Assembly (NCBI GenBank): GCA_033442325.1
Contig: JAWQFM010000026.1
Location: 1 to 64,000, forward strand
Direction of reading: 5' to 3'
DNA from: Salpingoeca rosetta
Taxonomy: Eukaryota > Protista > Choanoflagellata
DNA length: 64,000 bases
Shown: one piece after another, positions 26,064 to 39,092 of the stretch
Position numbering within the stretch: position 1 is the first letter of the stretch
How the letters are laid out: each line of letters starts with the position of its first letter
Notes under the pieces: model-generated
What the model saw: only the letters and a program-made list of their open reading frames with translations
The model's database searches: none
What the model was told of the DNA's origin: nothing
Made by a program: the position numbers and the translations under genes

Positions 26064-26526
26064 AACCGACCGCTTGGGGAATTGCTGTCGATGACGGCCT
26101 GCACGGCGTCAGCGACTCCACCGCCACCGTCGACCGCGTCGGTGACAATCTGACGCACTTGCGCCTCCGTGCGAACACGTGCACTCGGGTCATCCATGAT
26201 GGCCGCAATCGCAGACGCAATCGAATCCTCAACCTGAACGTCAGTCAACAGGCGACCAGACCTGTGATAATTATGATGATGATGATGACAACGACGAAAC
26301 AGGGTGGTGAATATGGAGCGAGCCCCACGGACGACGTTGGTGGGAGGCGAATTTGATGCAGATGTAAGCACGCTGTGTGAGACGCAATGAGAACATAGGC
26401 AAACACTTTTGTTTGCGCCAATCGCTTTCCCCACCTCTGAGCGCTGGGAGCAGTGTAAGATTTCAGCGAGTTTTCCCCAATAAAACCGAAATCACACACA
26501 CACACACACACACATACACATAAGCA

Positions 26527-26565
<39 letters not shown>

Positions 26566-27631
26566 ACATGTACACACCATGGGTTGGGCTCGTTGAGGTT
26601 TGTCTTGTACGTCAGCTTGGCCTCGCGGTCATCAAACACCTCAAAGCGAAGCGTGCCGTCCTCTGCCTTCACCGTCGGGCGTTTCACTGGCGCATGACGT
26701 TCGAGGTGTTTGGAGTAGGGGAGATAAAGGTTGCGATAAGATGCAGACGAGTGAGATGGAGAGAAGTGAGCTGTTCAGCAGTGAAAAGCGCTGCACTTCA
26801 TCAAAAGCGTTGCAGCTTCATACTCGCGCGCGCACTCTTGCATCGTACCCTTTGCACCCCCCCCCCCCCCCAAAAAAAAAAAAAAAATACACACAGAAGA
26901 ACGTACGGATGCATTGGGGAAGGTCTCCAACCAGCTGGCCGTTGTCGCACTGCAGCGTAACCGGGTGCCCAGCATAGCCTTCGTTGCACCCAGCGACACA
27001 GTCGTCCTCGTGAACAGAGTCCTCACAGGCACTCAGGTCCATGCGTTCAGGGTCATAATCCTGGGGTGGCGTGCATGCAACAGCTGCAAGTGAAACGCGA
27101 CAAAAAAAAAAGCATCTCGTGAGCGATGAGACGAGGTCATGAGGCCATGAATGAGGGCAAGCAAATGCACAACATAGCACGCAACGTCAAACACAAATAC
27201 AAATACAACACACACACGCACGCACACGCACAACAACACAAGACACACACACGCACACACCACAAGACACGCACGCACATGACACAGCACACACAGCAAG
27301 AACACAACACAACACTGCTACACTATCCCTGATTCTTCTCACTCACGAGAGCACGCGGGCGGCTGTGGCTGGAGCGCGACGGTGTCGTTGACGACAACGC
27401 AGGCGCGGTTTACTTGAGGGCCCTCATACCCGCGCACGCACGACCACAAACATCCATCCCCGACAGCAACCTTTGACCTACACGTTGTGTGCAGCAGCGG
27501 CGTCAGGTCGGCCGTGGCATCGCACGGCGCTGCAGAGCAACCATGCAACAACAGTACATGACGTGAGCGTCAACAACAACACCAAGAACAACACCAAGGT
27601 TTGTAGTGCGACGAGACACACACACACACAC

Positions 27632-27676
<45 letters not shown>

Positions 27677-27679
27677 ACA

Positions 27680-27776
<97 letters not shown>

Positions 27777-28140
27777 CCGATTGATGTCAGCGATTCGCTG
27801 CGACCGCCAACCGCTTGCACAGCCCGTTTTGACACTCACGATTGCACTGGGGCAGGTTGCCGTTGAAGGAGCCATTGTCGCAGGTGAGCGTCGTTTGTGT
27901 TCCGGTGTATCGCGCTGTCAGGTTGCAGCCGGCCACGCACGACTCGCCGTCCAGCACGCCGTTGCAGCTGTGCACCACATACCATGGTGCAGAGTCCAGC
28001 GTGCACGCAGCCGCGGTGGTTGTTGAAGTTGTTGTTGCGACTGTCGTTGTCGTAGCGTTTTGGAGCGCACTCGCTGTGGTGACCGCTGTGCTCAAGCACG
28101 CAACCACCACAGCGGCAGCAAACACCCCACCACCACACAT
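22938..28140 (-). CDS. Secreted multidomain protein: Cys-rich (sushi-like) repeats, coiled coil, TNFR-like Cys repeats, C-terminal PA14-like domain
   Basis: ATG at 28140 with signal peptide (MCGGGVFAAAVVVACLSTAVTTASA) and Thr tract. Three C..C..C.C..GY.G...L.C exons (~27840-28010, 27347-27530, 26910-27082). Heptad-rich exons (25170-26260). CPAGKY..CSSCPPFTYS..CGVGTY..CFTCPEGTYQ (24620-24845). Terminal exons give AGRYRFYCRSDDCCQIHI..LPGGTYRIQYYSHEYGGGAYYDFYFYRI*, with the stop at 22938. One intron spans an N gap. Confidence 0.8.
25701..25770. repeat. 18-nt intronic minisatellite x4
   Basis: ttgagcacatgtgagtg(t/c) repeated four times. Confidence 0.85.
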
Positions 28141-28548
28141 CCTTCTTTGTGCAAAGCCGTTGAAGATATGAAGGTGTGGTGCGGCGGATATGGAGGTGGG
28201 GAGGGGGCAACAAGGCAGACAAGGCAACGCCAAGCAAGAAGGAGCTTCTTTGGTGGTGTGCTTGCAGGAAGTCAGCAGAGCGCCCAAAACACAAACAAAT
28301 CGTTTATTAGGAATATCTTCCACTGAAGCTCGTGGACAGGGCCTGCCGCGTCGCATTTGAAACACAAAATCAAAAGTGTGGAACGCTTGGAACCGCAGAC
28401 GTCACACACACACACACACTCACACACACACACACACACTCTCTCTCTCACACTCTCTCACACACACACACACAAGTGTAAACACTGCAAACAGCCATAC
28501 ACGCATGCACACACACACACCGACACACAAACACACACAGACACACAC

Positions 28549-29203
28549 TCAGTAGTAGGTCTCTCGCATGGCATAGCCGCGAGGAAACTTGCGAACAAAG
28601 TAGCGGCGTGTTTCATCGTACACGACGATGAGCACGGAGAAAGGCAGCGGCGTGAGCCAATAGCGGAACGGGAACGGGCGCAGGTTGAAGGCGACGTCCG
28701 TGCCGGGCGTGTAGGTCAGTACCGCTGCCAGCGCCGTCTCAAAGAAGAGCGCAAAATATCAACACCTTGTTCCCACTGGACAAAACAACAAAGTGGGGGG
28801 GGGGGAAGTTGAGTGAAAACCGCCGGATTGCTATCTTCTGCACATGAACACAAAGGAAGAAGAGGAGAGAAGGGGGAGAAAGGGGAGAAGAAGGGAGATA
28901 AGGGGAGAGAAGGGAGGGAGGGAGAAAAGAGAGAAGGCCGAGAGAGATATAGAGAGACAGAAAAGAAGGATAANNNNNNNNNNNNNNNNNNNNNNNNNNN
29001 NNNNNNNNNNNNNNNNNNNNNNNNNNNNNNNNNNNNNNNNNNNNNNNNNNNNNNNNNNNNNNNNNNNNNNNNNTGTATCTTATATTCCACTCCCTCCTAT
29101 ACCTTTTCCATCCTTGCGACAATACTCGGCTGATGTATCTTATATTTGTACATATCCATCTCTCCCTCCACATTCACGCACACACCGATGCACACTCTCA
29201 CAG

Positions 29204-29253
<50 letters not shown>

Positions 29254-29693
29254 ACACACACACAATCACACACACACAATCACACACACACACAAACACA
29301 CACACACACAATCACACACACACACAATCACACACACACAAACACACACACACACACACAAACATACACAAAGAGCGCAAACCTCATGCCATGCTGGAGA
29401 AGGGAGAGCTTGCGGGTCTTGCAGATGACAAGATCCGCCCACTGGGCAATGACAATGGAGACGAAATACGCCGTGTGGCCCATGTACTCCAAGCTCTTTC
29501 GTTGGTCATACGTCTGCAAAATGAACGAATGAGAGGAAGGAAGGACAGAGCAGAGTAGAGAAGAGATAAGAAGGCAAAGCGTGTGCATTTGGGGAAGCGT
29601 GATGGATATTGAAGAAGCCCTCATGCTCGTTTGTCGTGAAGCGATTGCACGCAAACGTATACACACACAATCACACATGCACACAGTGCACAA

Positions 29694-29726
<33 letters not shown>

Positions 29727-30175
29727 GCACCAACCCATTGCTGGCCGTAGCTGTCGGTGACTTCGTCGTTGTCGCGGTTGTCCCAGTCCTCACGGAGCCC
29801 AAACAGCTGGTTCGCCAGAAACCCGTTCTCGCCATACAGCGTAAAGTACGTGAGAAACCCCGCCAGCGTCTGCATAGACCCGATGTGGAGGTATGAAAAC
29901 TGCAGCAATCGCGGGTTGACGAGCCGGTCCTTGGTCGGGTTGCGCGGCCTGCGATACATGATGTCGGGCTCCGGCACCTCGTACGCCAGCGAGATGGCAG
30001 GGACCTACGGTGGAGGGTTCGAGGAACGTAGTGATTACGGACGTGTGAGGACAACGAGGAGCACGGCGGTGTTGACATGCACACACAATGTCGCAGGCAT
30101 GTGTCATACATACATACAGACAGACACATAAACACACACACACACACACTGTCACACACTGGCGCGCGCGCGCGT

Positions 30176-30218
<43 letters not shown>

Positions 30219-30714
30219 ATGTCTGTGCCGAGGTCGATGAGGAGAATGGTGACAGTGCCTAGCGGAAGAGGAGCGGATGCGAGGACGAAGAACAGAAACG
30301 GGCTCAACTCCGGCAGTTTGGATGACAGCGTGTATGCAATGGACTTCTTTAGGTTGTCGAAGATGAGTCGCCCTTCCTCCACGCCAGTCACGATGGACGC
30401 AAAGTTGTCGTCAAGAAGAATCATGTCTGCTGCCTGCTTGGACACATCGGAGCCGGCGATACCCATGGCAACACCAATGTCCGCTCGCTTCAGCGCAGGG
30501 GAGTCGTTCACACCATCGCCCGTCACAGCAACAATCTGGCCAGCACGTTGGCAGCCTGAAGAGTGGCAATGCGGTTGAGAGAGAGTGTGTGTGAAGGTGT
30601 GTGTGTGTGTGAAGGTGCGTGTGCGTGCGTGTGTGCGCGTGCGTGTGTGCGCGTGCGTGTGTGCGTATGTGCGTATGTGTGTGTGTGTGTGCGTGCGTAT
30701 GTGTGTGTGTGTGC

Positions 30715-30810
<96 letters not shown>

Positions 30811-31532
30811 TGAGCAAGTGCATCCGATGAAAGGTGTCAAACTCTCAAAGTACAATACACGCACGCACACAATATCACTCATACGCGCGTACAACACCCC
30901 CCTCGCCTGCACCGCACCTTCGACGATGATGAGCTTCTGCTGCGGAGATGTGCGGGCAAAGACAATTTCGCGGTGCTGTGCGAGGATGCGATCAAGCTCG
31001 GCCGCGCTCATGCGGGCCAGCTCCGACCCATCCTGCAACCGCGAGCAGTTGGGGAAGCAGATACGGGTAGGGACAGCACAATACAAGCAGCAGGCACATG
31101 TGTGTGAATGTGTGAGAAAGCGAATGTAGGAGCGTCAGCGCGTTTTGTGTCCCAGTGGTCGATGGAGTCAGTAGACGATAGATGAGCACCTCCCTGCAGT
31201 GCGCGCGTGCACGTGTGCAATCCAATTTCTCACGGAGATCACGCGCACCTTGATGACGATGGCACCCGCCTCTGAGGGATCGACGGATGACACGTCCACT
31301 CCCCGCTCTTCTGCAATGTCTTCGACAGTTTTTTCATCGTGGATGATGCCAACTTGCTTTGCAATGGCCTGGGCTGTAATGGGGTGGTCCCCAGTCACCA
31401 TCATGACCTGTATTCAGACATGGGTTTGGGGTGTTGCGAAGAATGGCGTGAGGGTGTTCGGTGTGGAGCCATCACGAACACATGAAAACAAAGTACGCAA
31501 ACCCACACCGCACATGAAGCCAACCCCCAACG

Positions 31533-31590
<58 letters not shown>

Positions 31591-31924
31591 AACACAAACA
31601 CACACACACACAAACACAAACACAAACAAACAAACACACACACACACACACACGCACACACACACACACACCTTGATGCCTGCTGATCTGCACTTTGCGA
31701 CCGCGGCGGGCACGGTTGGACGCGGGGGATCAATGAGGGCAAGAAGGCCGCAATACACGAGCCCCTGAAGCGGAATGTGCTGGGCCTGGTCGCCAAAGTT
31801 GTATCCTTCAGGGTACGTCTGGATGGGAAGCCGCAGGGTCGCAAACCCAAGCACGCGCTCGCCATATCGCCCAAGCTGCTCGTAGTTGTCCTCAAACGCC
31901 TGCTTGTCCTCATCTGCGGTGTGT

Positions 31925-31963
<39 letters not shown>

Positions 31964-32365
31964 CGTTCATTCAAGGGTGTGCATGTGCGCATCCATTTGC
32001 GTATGTGTGTGTGCATGAGTGAGACACCTTTTCGTCAATGCAACAAATGGTAACGCCACAACAGAAGGAACACGACACACAGCACGCGTCTACAAGTGCA
32101 CAACTGCCACAAACTAACACACGCACACACGCACATAAGCATCCAACATTCGTGACACCTCCGCCTCACCTGTCATCTCCACAACCTCGCCATCCTTGTA
32201 CATGTGCGAGCAGCGTGAAATGATGCGCTCTGGTGCACCCTGCAATCGAACAGCAGTTATTGTTGTTGTTGTTGTTGTTGTGCGTGTGCAACGAGTGTCA
32301 CATCTTAATCGTTGACAACATGGAATAGGAGAGAACCAATACACACCAGAAAGCAACACGTGCTC

Positions 32366-32440
<75 letters not shown>

Positions 32441-33306
32441 CCGCACGCGCATACACGCACACGCCACCTCCCCTCACAATACACACACCTTCATGACGAG
32501 GAGGTAGCGAGCTTTTGTGCCCCCGTGGCCTTCCCCTTCCTGCTCATCGCTGCCCAGCTCATGTACAGAGACCTGATACTTGTTCTTCGAGTTGAACGGA
32601 ATCTCCGCCACAATCGGATACTTCTTCCGCTCCGTCACGACGTAGGACTCGTCGTCCCCCATGCTTGCGTCCTCCAGCACGTGCTGCGCGTAGCGCTCTG
32701 TGTACTTGAAGATGGCCGATTCTGGCGGATGTATTTTTCGAGGGGTTAGGGTAGGGGCGTGATGGTGGACAGCAACATGGGTGATGTGAGAAACACGTAG
32801 CGTCATGGCGCGTAGTAGTGACTCAAAAGCACACATACATACATACATACACACATACATACATACATACATACATACATACATACATACATACATACAT
32901 ACATACATACATACACACACAACCCCAACCCCACTCTCAACACATGCCCTCACCTGAAGCATCGCCGACGGTGGCGCGCTTGAGCACGGGAAGCGACGGA
33001 TCAGTGCCCCTGTTCCTCTGTCTCTCGCGCTTTTCATCATCTTTCTGCTGCTGCTCGCTCTCCGTCATCTCAGTGCCCCTGTTCCTCTGTCTCTCGCGCT
33101 TTTCATCATCTTTCTGCTGCTGCTCGCTCTCCGTCATCTTGCCCTTCTTGTGTTTCTTCTTTTTCTTGTTTTTGTTCTTCTTGTCGTCTCCACTCTGACT
33201 TGTTGATGCTTCTCCATCGTCACTGTCCTCAAATTGAAACGTGGCCTGAAAGCCAAGGAGATGTGAGGGTAGGAGGGTGGTGTTAGCGACACGTTCACGG
33301 CCAATG

Positions 33307-33351
<45 letters not shown>

Positions 33352-33853
33352 GTGCAATAAACGAACACACAAGCAACCACACACACACACAAGCAAACAC
33401 ACACACACACAAGCAAACACACACACACACCTTGTTACAGAGGACGGCGACGCGGAAAAGCGCGCGAAAACTGTCGTTCATCTCAAAGGGAAAGTCCTTC
33501 TCCACCTTCGGGTCCGTGTTGACCTCACGAATCTGCTGATCAAAGCACACGTGCGCCACCGTCATGTTGTTCTGCGTCAAGGTGCCTGTCTTGTCGGAGC
33601 AGATGGTGGAGGTGGAGCCGAGCGTCTCCACAGCCTCCAGATGCTTCACCAGGCAGTTCTTCGTCGCCATCTTCTTCGCCGTCAGCGTCAAGCACACCGT
33701 CACCGTGGGCAACAGGCCCTCTGCACAAGTGTAAATGTGTACGTGTGTGAATATGAGCGTTGTGCACATGCGTGTGAACGAGCGACAGACGAGACAACCC
33801 ACAATAGCGTGCGTCGTGCACACATGCATACACACTTGCACGCGCACACACTT

Positions 33854-33890
<37 letters not shown>

Positions 33891-33914
33891 CACACACAAA
33901 ACACAAACAAAACA

Positions 33915-33986
<72 letters not shown>

Positions 33987-35949
33987 CACCAGGGACATTT
34001 GCGACGATGACACCGATGAGAAACACAATCGCGTCCAGCTGAAAACAGCGCATTGTGCATGTGTGAGTGAAGCAGGGCAACGTGTGCAAGATGGCGGCAA
34101 CAGCACAGACGCAGGGCGAGCCGCTGCCATGGTCCTCACGGCAGGCGTGTCTCAATGACATACATAGATCGTTGTATACGTGCATACATGAACGCAAGCA
34201 AGCATGCGTGCACAGCAACGATACCCTACCCAGTTGTAACCAATGGCCAGGGCAATGATGAAGAACACGGCGCCAACGATGACAGCAACGGCAGTGATGA
34301 TATCGGTAAAGTGCTGTACTTCTCGCGCAATTGGCGATTCTGACAAGAATAAGGGAAGGGGGGATGGCGTGGTGCGGGGCGATGATGATGTGATGGTGGT
34401 GTGTGAGGTGTGGGCAGCATCCAGGAGCCAACGGCACGCACGAAAGCATGCACACGTGCACAATAACATGCACACACACACACACTTACACCAGCACACA
34501 TGCACACACACACACACTTACACCAGCACACATGCACACACACACACAATGACACGCCGCACACATGCACGCACCACACACACACAATGACACGACACAC
34601 AATGACACGACGCACACAGGAACACCACACACACAGCACAACTCTACGCACACACACACGCACAACACAACTACACAAACACCCACACACACACACACAC
34701 ACACACCTCCCGAGTCGACGCCGCTGGCGAGACCGGCAATGCGGCCGAGGACGGTGTTATCTCCGCATCGAATCACAATCCCGGTGCCCGCGCCCTCCAC
34801 GGCGTTGGTGGAGAAGAAGGCAATGTTGCGCGTCTCAAGCGGGTTCTTGTGGGTGCACTCTGCCGACCGCTTCTGGGGCTCCGACTCGCCAGTGAGAGAC
34901 GAGTTGTCGACCTTGGTGAAGGGCATGAATTGAATGTAACACAACAGACATGTGTGTGCCGGTGAATAAATTGGCAGTGACTTATGGTGAAAGTAGCCAA
35001 CACATGTGCACATGCACAGTTGGACAAAGACGCAAATGTACACACATACAGCTGTACACATGCAGGCACAAGTACAAACAAATACAAATGAACACACCCA
35101 CCCCCACACACAGACACACACACACGCACACACGCACACACACACCCACACCCACACACACGCACACTACACCACACAACACCTTGAGGCCGTGCTCGTC
35201 GATGATGCGCAGGTCGGCCGGGATGCGGTCGCCGGCCTTGACTTCGACGACGTCGCCCCGCACCAGCTCCTCCGCATTGATCACCTCCAACTTCCCGTTG
35301 CGGTGCACGCGGGACTTCTGCGGCTGCAGCTTCGCAAAACCCTTCATCACATCCGCAGCGCGCCGCTCCTGAACATATGAGAAGCAGCCCGTGATGAACA
35401 CGACGGCTGCGAGGACGATGCCCAGGTACAGGTTGTCGGCAGACACGCTCTCGCCAGAGTCGGCCTGCGACACCTGAATCCCATACGCGATGAAGCACAG
35501 GATGGCGCCAATCCACAACAGCGTGGCAAACCCGCCCACCATCTGGCGAAGGAACTTGATCCACTCGAGCGTTGTTGGCGGCGGGCTGAGCACGTTTCTG
35601 CCCTCCTTGGCGCGGGTGGCAGCAGCTTGGTCATGTGTCAAGCCTTTGCTCACGTCCTTGAGCCCAAAGCGCTTCTGCAATTCCTCCAGCGGGATGGAGT
35701 GCTCGTCAATGTCTGCCTCTTTCTTCAACTCCTCCAGGTCCGGTTTGTCGCGCCCTTTTCGCCCGCCCTTGCGCTTTCGCCGCTTCTCTTTCTTCTCCCG
35801 CTCATACGCTAATTTGTGTGCGAATGTGTGTGTATGTGTGTGTATGTGTGTGTGTGTGTGTGCATGTGTGAATGTGTGTGTGTGCATGTGTGAAAATGTG
35901 TGTGTATGTGAGTGGGAAAGTGTGCTTTGGGAGTGTACACGCATGCAAG

Positions 35950-36046
<97 letters not shown>

Positions 36047-36498
36047 CGCGACGAACGCTCAGCTAGTAGCCGAGTCCAGTACGAGTGAAATAGGTTAGTT
36101 AGGGAGGCTAAATTCCGCATCAAGGCTACAACCTTGTGAGACGCATCTTTGGGTGCTGTTTACGACCACTATAGTATCAAAGTATTGATGCAAAATTGTC
36201 GCTTGCTGACAATTCGATGGCAAAACTCTCGGTCTTACCAGAGATCTCCCCCAGAGCCTCGAGTACCATACCCAACTCTACTACAGGATGGGAAGTGAGC
36301 TCCTAGCTAATTGGGTGACACGTACCCAAATTAGGACATACAAGTGGCGGACACGAAAACTAATACAATGAGCCACTTAAGGGTAGTTATATTTGTCCAA
36401 CGCTCAAGACGGCTTCCTGATAATCATAACGCAATGTGACTGTACTGCTCTTTTAAACCGCCCCAAGCGCGTATCATACTGTTGTGGCTTATGACGAC

Positions 36499-36576
<78 letters not shown>

Positions 36577-37423
36577 ACACACACACACACAAGCGCGCAT
36601 GCACGCATGTGTACTTCACCCTCACCTGAAAGGGAGCGGAGGCTCTCGCGAAATGATTTCTTGATCTGTGCACTGCGGGCGCTCGATGCCAGTGCACGTG
36701 ATCGCGTGTTCTCCACAGAGTCGTCAACTTAGTGGGAACAGAAATGAGGAGGAGGTTGGCAATGGAACAGAGATGAATCGGCTCGTGTGAGGGCACGCTA
36801 TTCCGATGTAATAGCCCACACATACACATGCACACACAGATAGACATGCACACATGCACACACATGCACACACAGATAGACATGCACACATGCACACACA
36901 TGCACACACAGATAGACATGCACACATGCACACACATGCACACACAGATAGACATGCACACATGCACACACATGCACACACATACACACAGAGAACAGCA
37001 GCTTACGTGGGAGCATGTAGGTTGGACCGCGAACGTTGTTTGCGTCCACATCGGCAACACGAATCGCTGGTACTCGGGAAGGCACAGACATGGCACGACG
37101 GTGCCTCGCCTCCTCGTCATCGTCATCATCGTCACCATCACCGCCATCCTCCTGGTCACCACCGCCACCACCACCGCCGTGGCCGCTGGTTTCCTGTTGG
37201 CGTTGAATGCGCTCCGTTGCCGGTGCAGACTCGGTCATGGCGACACGGTAGCTCTCCGAGCGCAGGTCCTGCGCAGAGGGTCCATAAAGAGCGGGGGGTT
37301 GAAGCGGAGAGAATTCGTGAGGGGTGAAGGTGGTTGTGAAAAAGGGAAGTAACGAAGCGATAAGGGGAAAGACACATCGGCAGGGTTGACTATCCACGCA
37401 CACGCATAAGTGGTCACTTACGC

Positions 37424-37494
<71 letters not shown>

Positions 37495-37725
37495 TGCAGG
37501 CACACGCATACACACACACACACACGCATGCACACGATACACATGCATGCATGCACACACCTGCAAGGACAGTCCATGTGCGCTGTGTTCATCTGCATCT
37601 GCCGTGCGGTCATCTTCATGGCGAGTCTGGTCATCCTCGGGTGGTGGTTGCTGCTGCTGCTGTTGCTCTGCCTGTGGTTGAGCGGGCGTAGGCGGTCCCG
37701 TGCGCTTTCCACGGTTGAGGTTCAT
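28549..37725 (-). CDS. ATP1A: P-type ATPase, type IIC (Na+/K+-ATPase alpha-like), ~18 exons
   Basis: [77 protein letters not shown] and C-terminal ETYY* (stop 28549). Three upstream exons (37725-37561, 37268-37007, 36727-36626) join in phase to 35808. The start codon is tentative. Apparent +1 frameshift at 28753-28756, near a gap. Confidence 0.93.
33001..33138. repeat. Perfect 69-nt x2 in-frame tandem duplication in an ATPase exon
   Basis: 33001-33069 repeats at 33070-33138 and encodes [22 protein letters not shown] twice on the minus strand. Confidence 0.95.
36045..36500. mobile_element. ~455-bp compositionally foreign insertion inside an intronic (CA)n tract
   Basis: High-complexity, TA-containing, ORF-free segment flanked directly on both sides by (CA)n. 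The right end ...GACGACA is LTR-like; the left end is not. Several short hairpins. Confidence 0.45.
36826..36980. repeat. 36-nt intronic minisatellite x4
   Basis: catgcacacacagatagacatgcacacatgcacaca repeated about four times. Confidence 0.85.
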
Positions 37726-38930
37726 CCCTGCTTGCTTCCTTCCTTCGTTCACACTCACACTTGCAACAACACGTCTCCCAACTGGGGCGGCACAAGCTCA
37801 CGACAGAGTGGGGGAAATGGCTGGCGGCGAAGGTTGGCTGTTGAGGTCGGCTGCTATGAGGTCGGCTGCGGAGAGGTCGGTGCTGAGGTGGCTGGGCAGC
37901 TCGCTTGCCAATGGTGATGTGCGCGATGCAATTGGCAGGTGTGGGCTGGCCGCTCGCTTGCTTGTGGTTGGATTGCAGGCTTGCTTGTCGGCTTGCTTGT
38001 GGTTGGATTGCAGGCTGCTGCAATGTTCCAACCGAGCATGGGCACGTATCAATGGACGGTGGGGCGCTCAAATGGGGGTTGCTTCTTCGTTTGCGTGCGT
38101 GTCGTGCAGGATACAGTACTGGTCAGCGCCTCGACTACATACAAGTGAAACAAACGCCCAACAGGCGCTCTGACCGTTGCAAAAATACCCCATCCCACTC
38201 ACTGCTGCTGCCATTGCCATTGCCTCATTGCTGCACCCGCTTGATTCCATTCACGAACCAACACACAAGCACACCAACCCCACTTCGCGATCAATGTGTG
38301 CGTGTGTGTTTGTGTGCGTTGTTTCCCCCAAACACATGGTTCACCCTCATCAGCAGTTGCGTCGTGCAGGTTGCCTCCTTTGCTGCAGCAATCAAAAGTA
38401 CCCCTGTCTTTTCCCAGCTTTTGAGTTTCGCGGCACAAATCATAAACTGATTTCAGGCTTTGATAAAAGAATGTGGCATTTCGACAATTTGCCCATGCGC
38501 TGTTTGTTCTTGCTTGCAAGCAAACCCCGCACCACTTTCCCCTTGTTCGCTTGCCGTTTGCTTTCTTGTCTGTCTGTTGCGCCATCTCGCTTCACTCTCT
38601 GGCTTCGCTTCCTCTTCGCTTGTGCACTTCCAAACCCACATCCAATTCCAACCGCATTCTCCGTTTGTGGCTGGCTGGCTGGCGAGACGTTTGCGAGTTT
38701 GTGACAACCGCAGGCTGACGTTCTTTGCTGCCTTGCTGCCTGCCCTCAGAGTGTGCACCTCTTTGTGTGTCACATTCAATCAGCACGTTGCGCGTATGAG
38801 TGGTGTATGGTGCTGTTGACTCCTTCCGTGGCCCTGACTCAAAAAGAGGAAGCGACTTTCCAAGCAACTTGGTGCGCATCCCCTTCCCACAGACCCCCTT
38901 CTTCATTCGTCTCGTCTTTTTGTTTCTTTG

Positions 38931-38988
<58 letters not shown>

Positions 38989-39092
38989 CGCACTCATTTC
39001 ACTCTTCTTGACCCTCGTCCTCATCCTTCATCTTCAGACAACTTGATTCCCTTCCTGCCTGCTGAGTCTGGCTCATACCCACTTGAAAGAAG

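Noticed and set aside
32742-32757. GGGGTTAGGGTAGGGG as a telomeric seed or G-quadruplex
   Set aside because: Only one TTAGGG unit and three G-runs; chance occurrence.
36826-36980. 36-nt repeats (and the 18-nt repeats at 25701-25770) as a CRISPR-like array
   Set aside because: Head-to-tail with no unique spacers, CA-derived, and intronic in a eukaryote.
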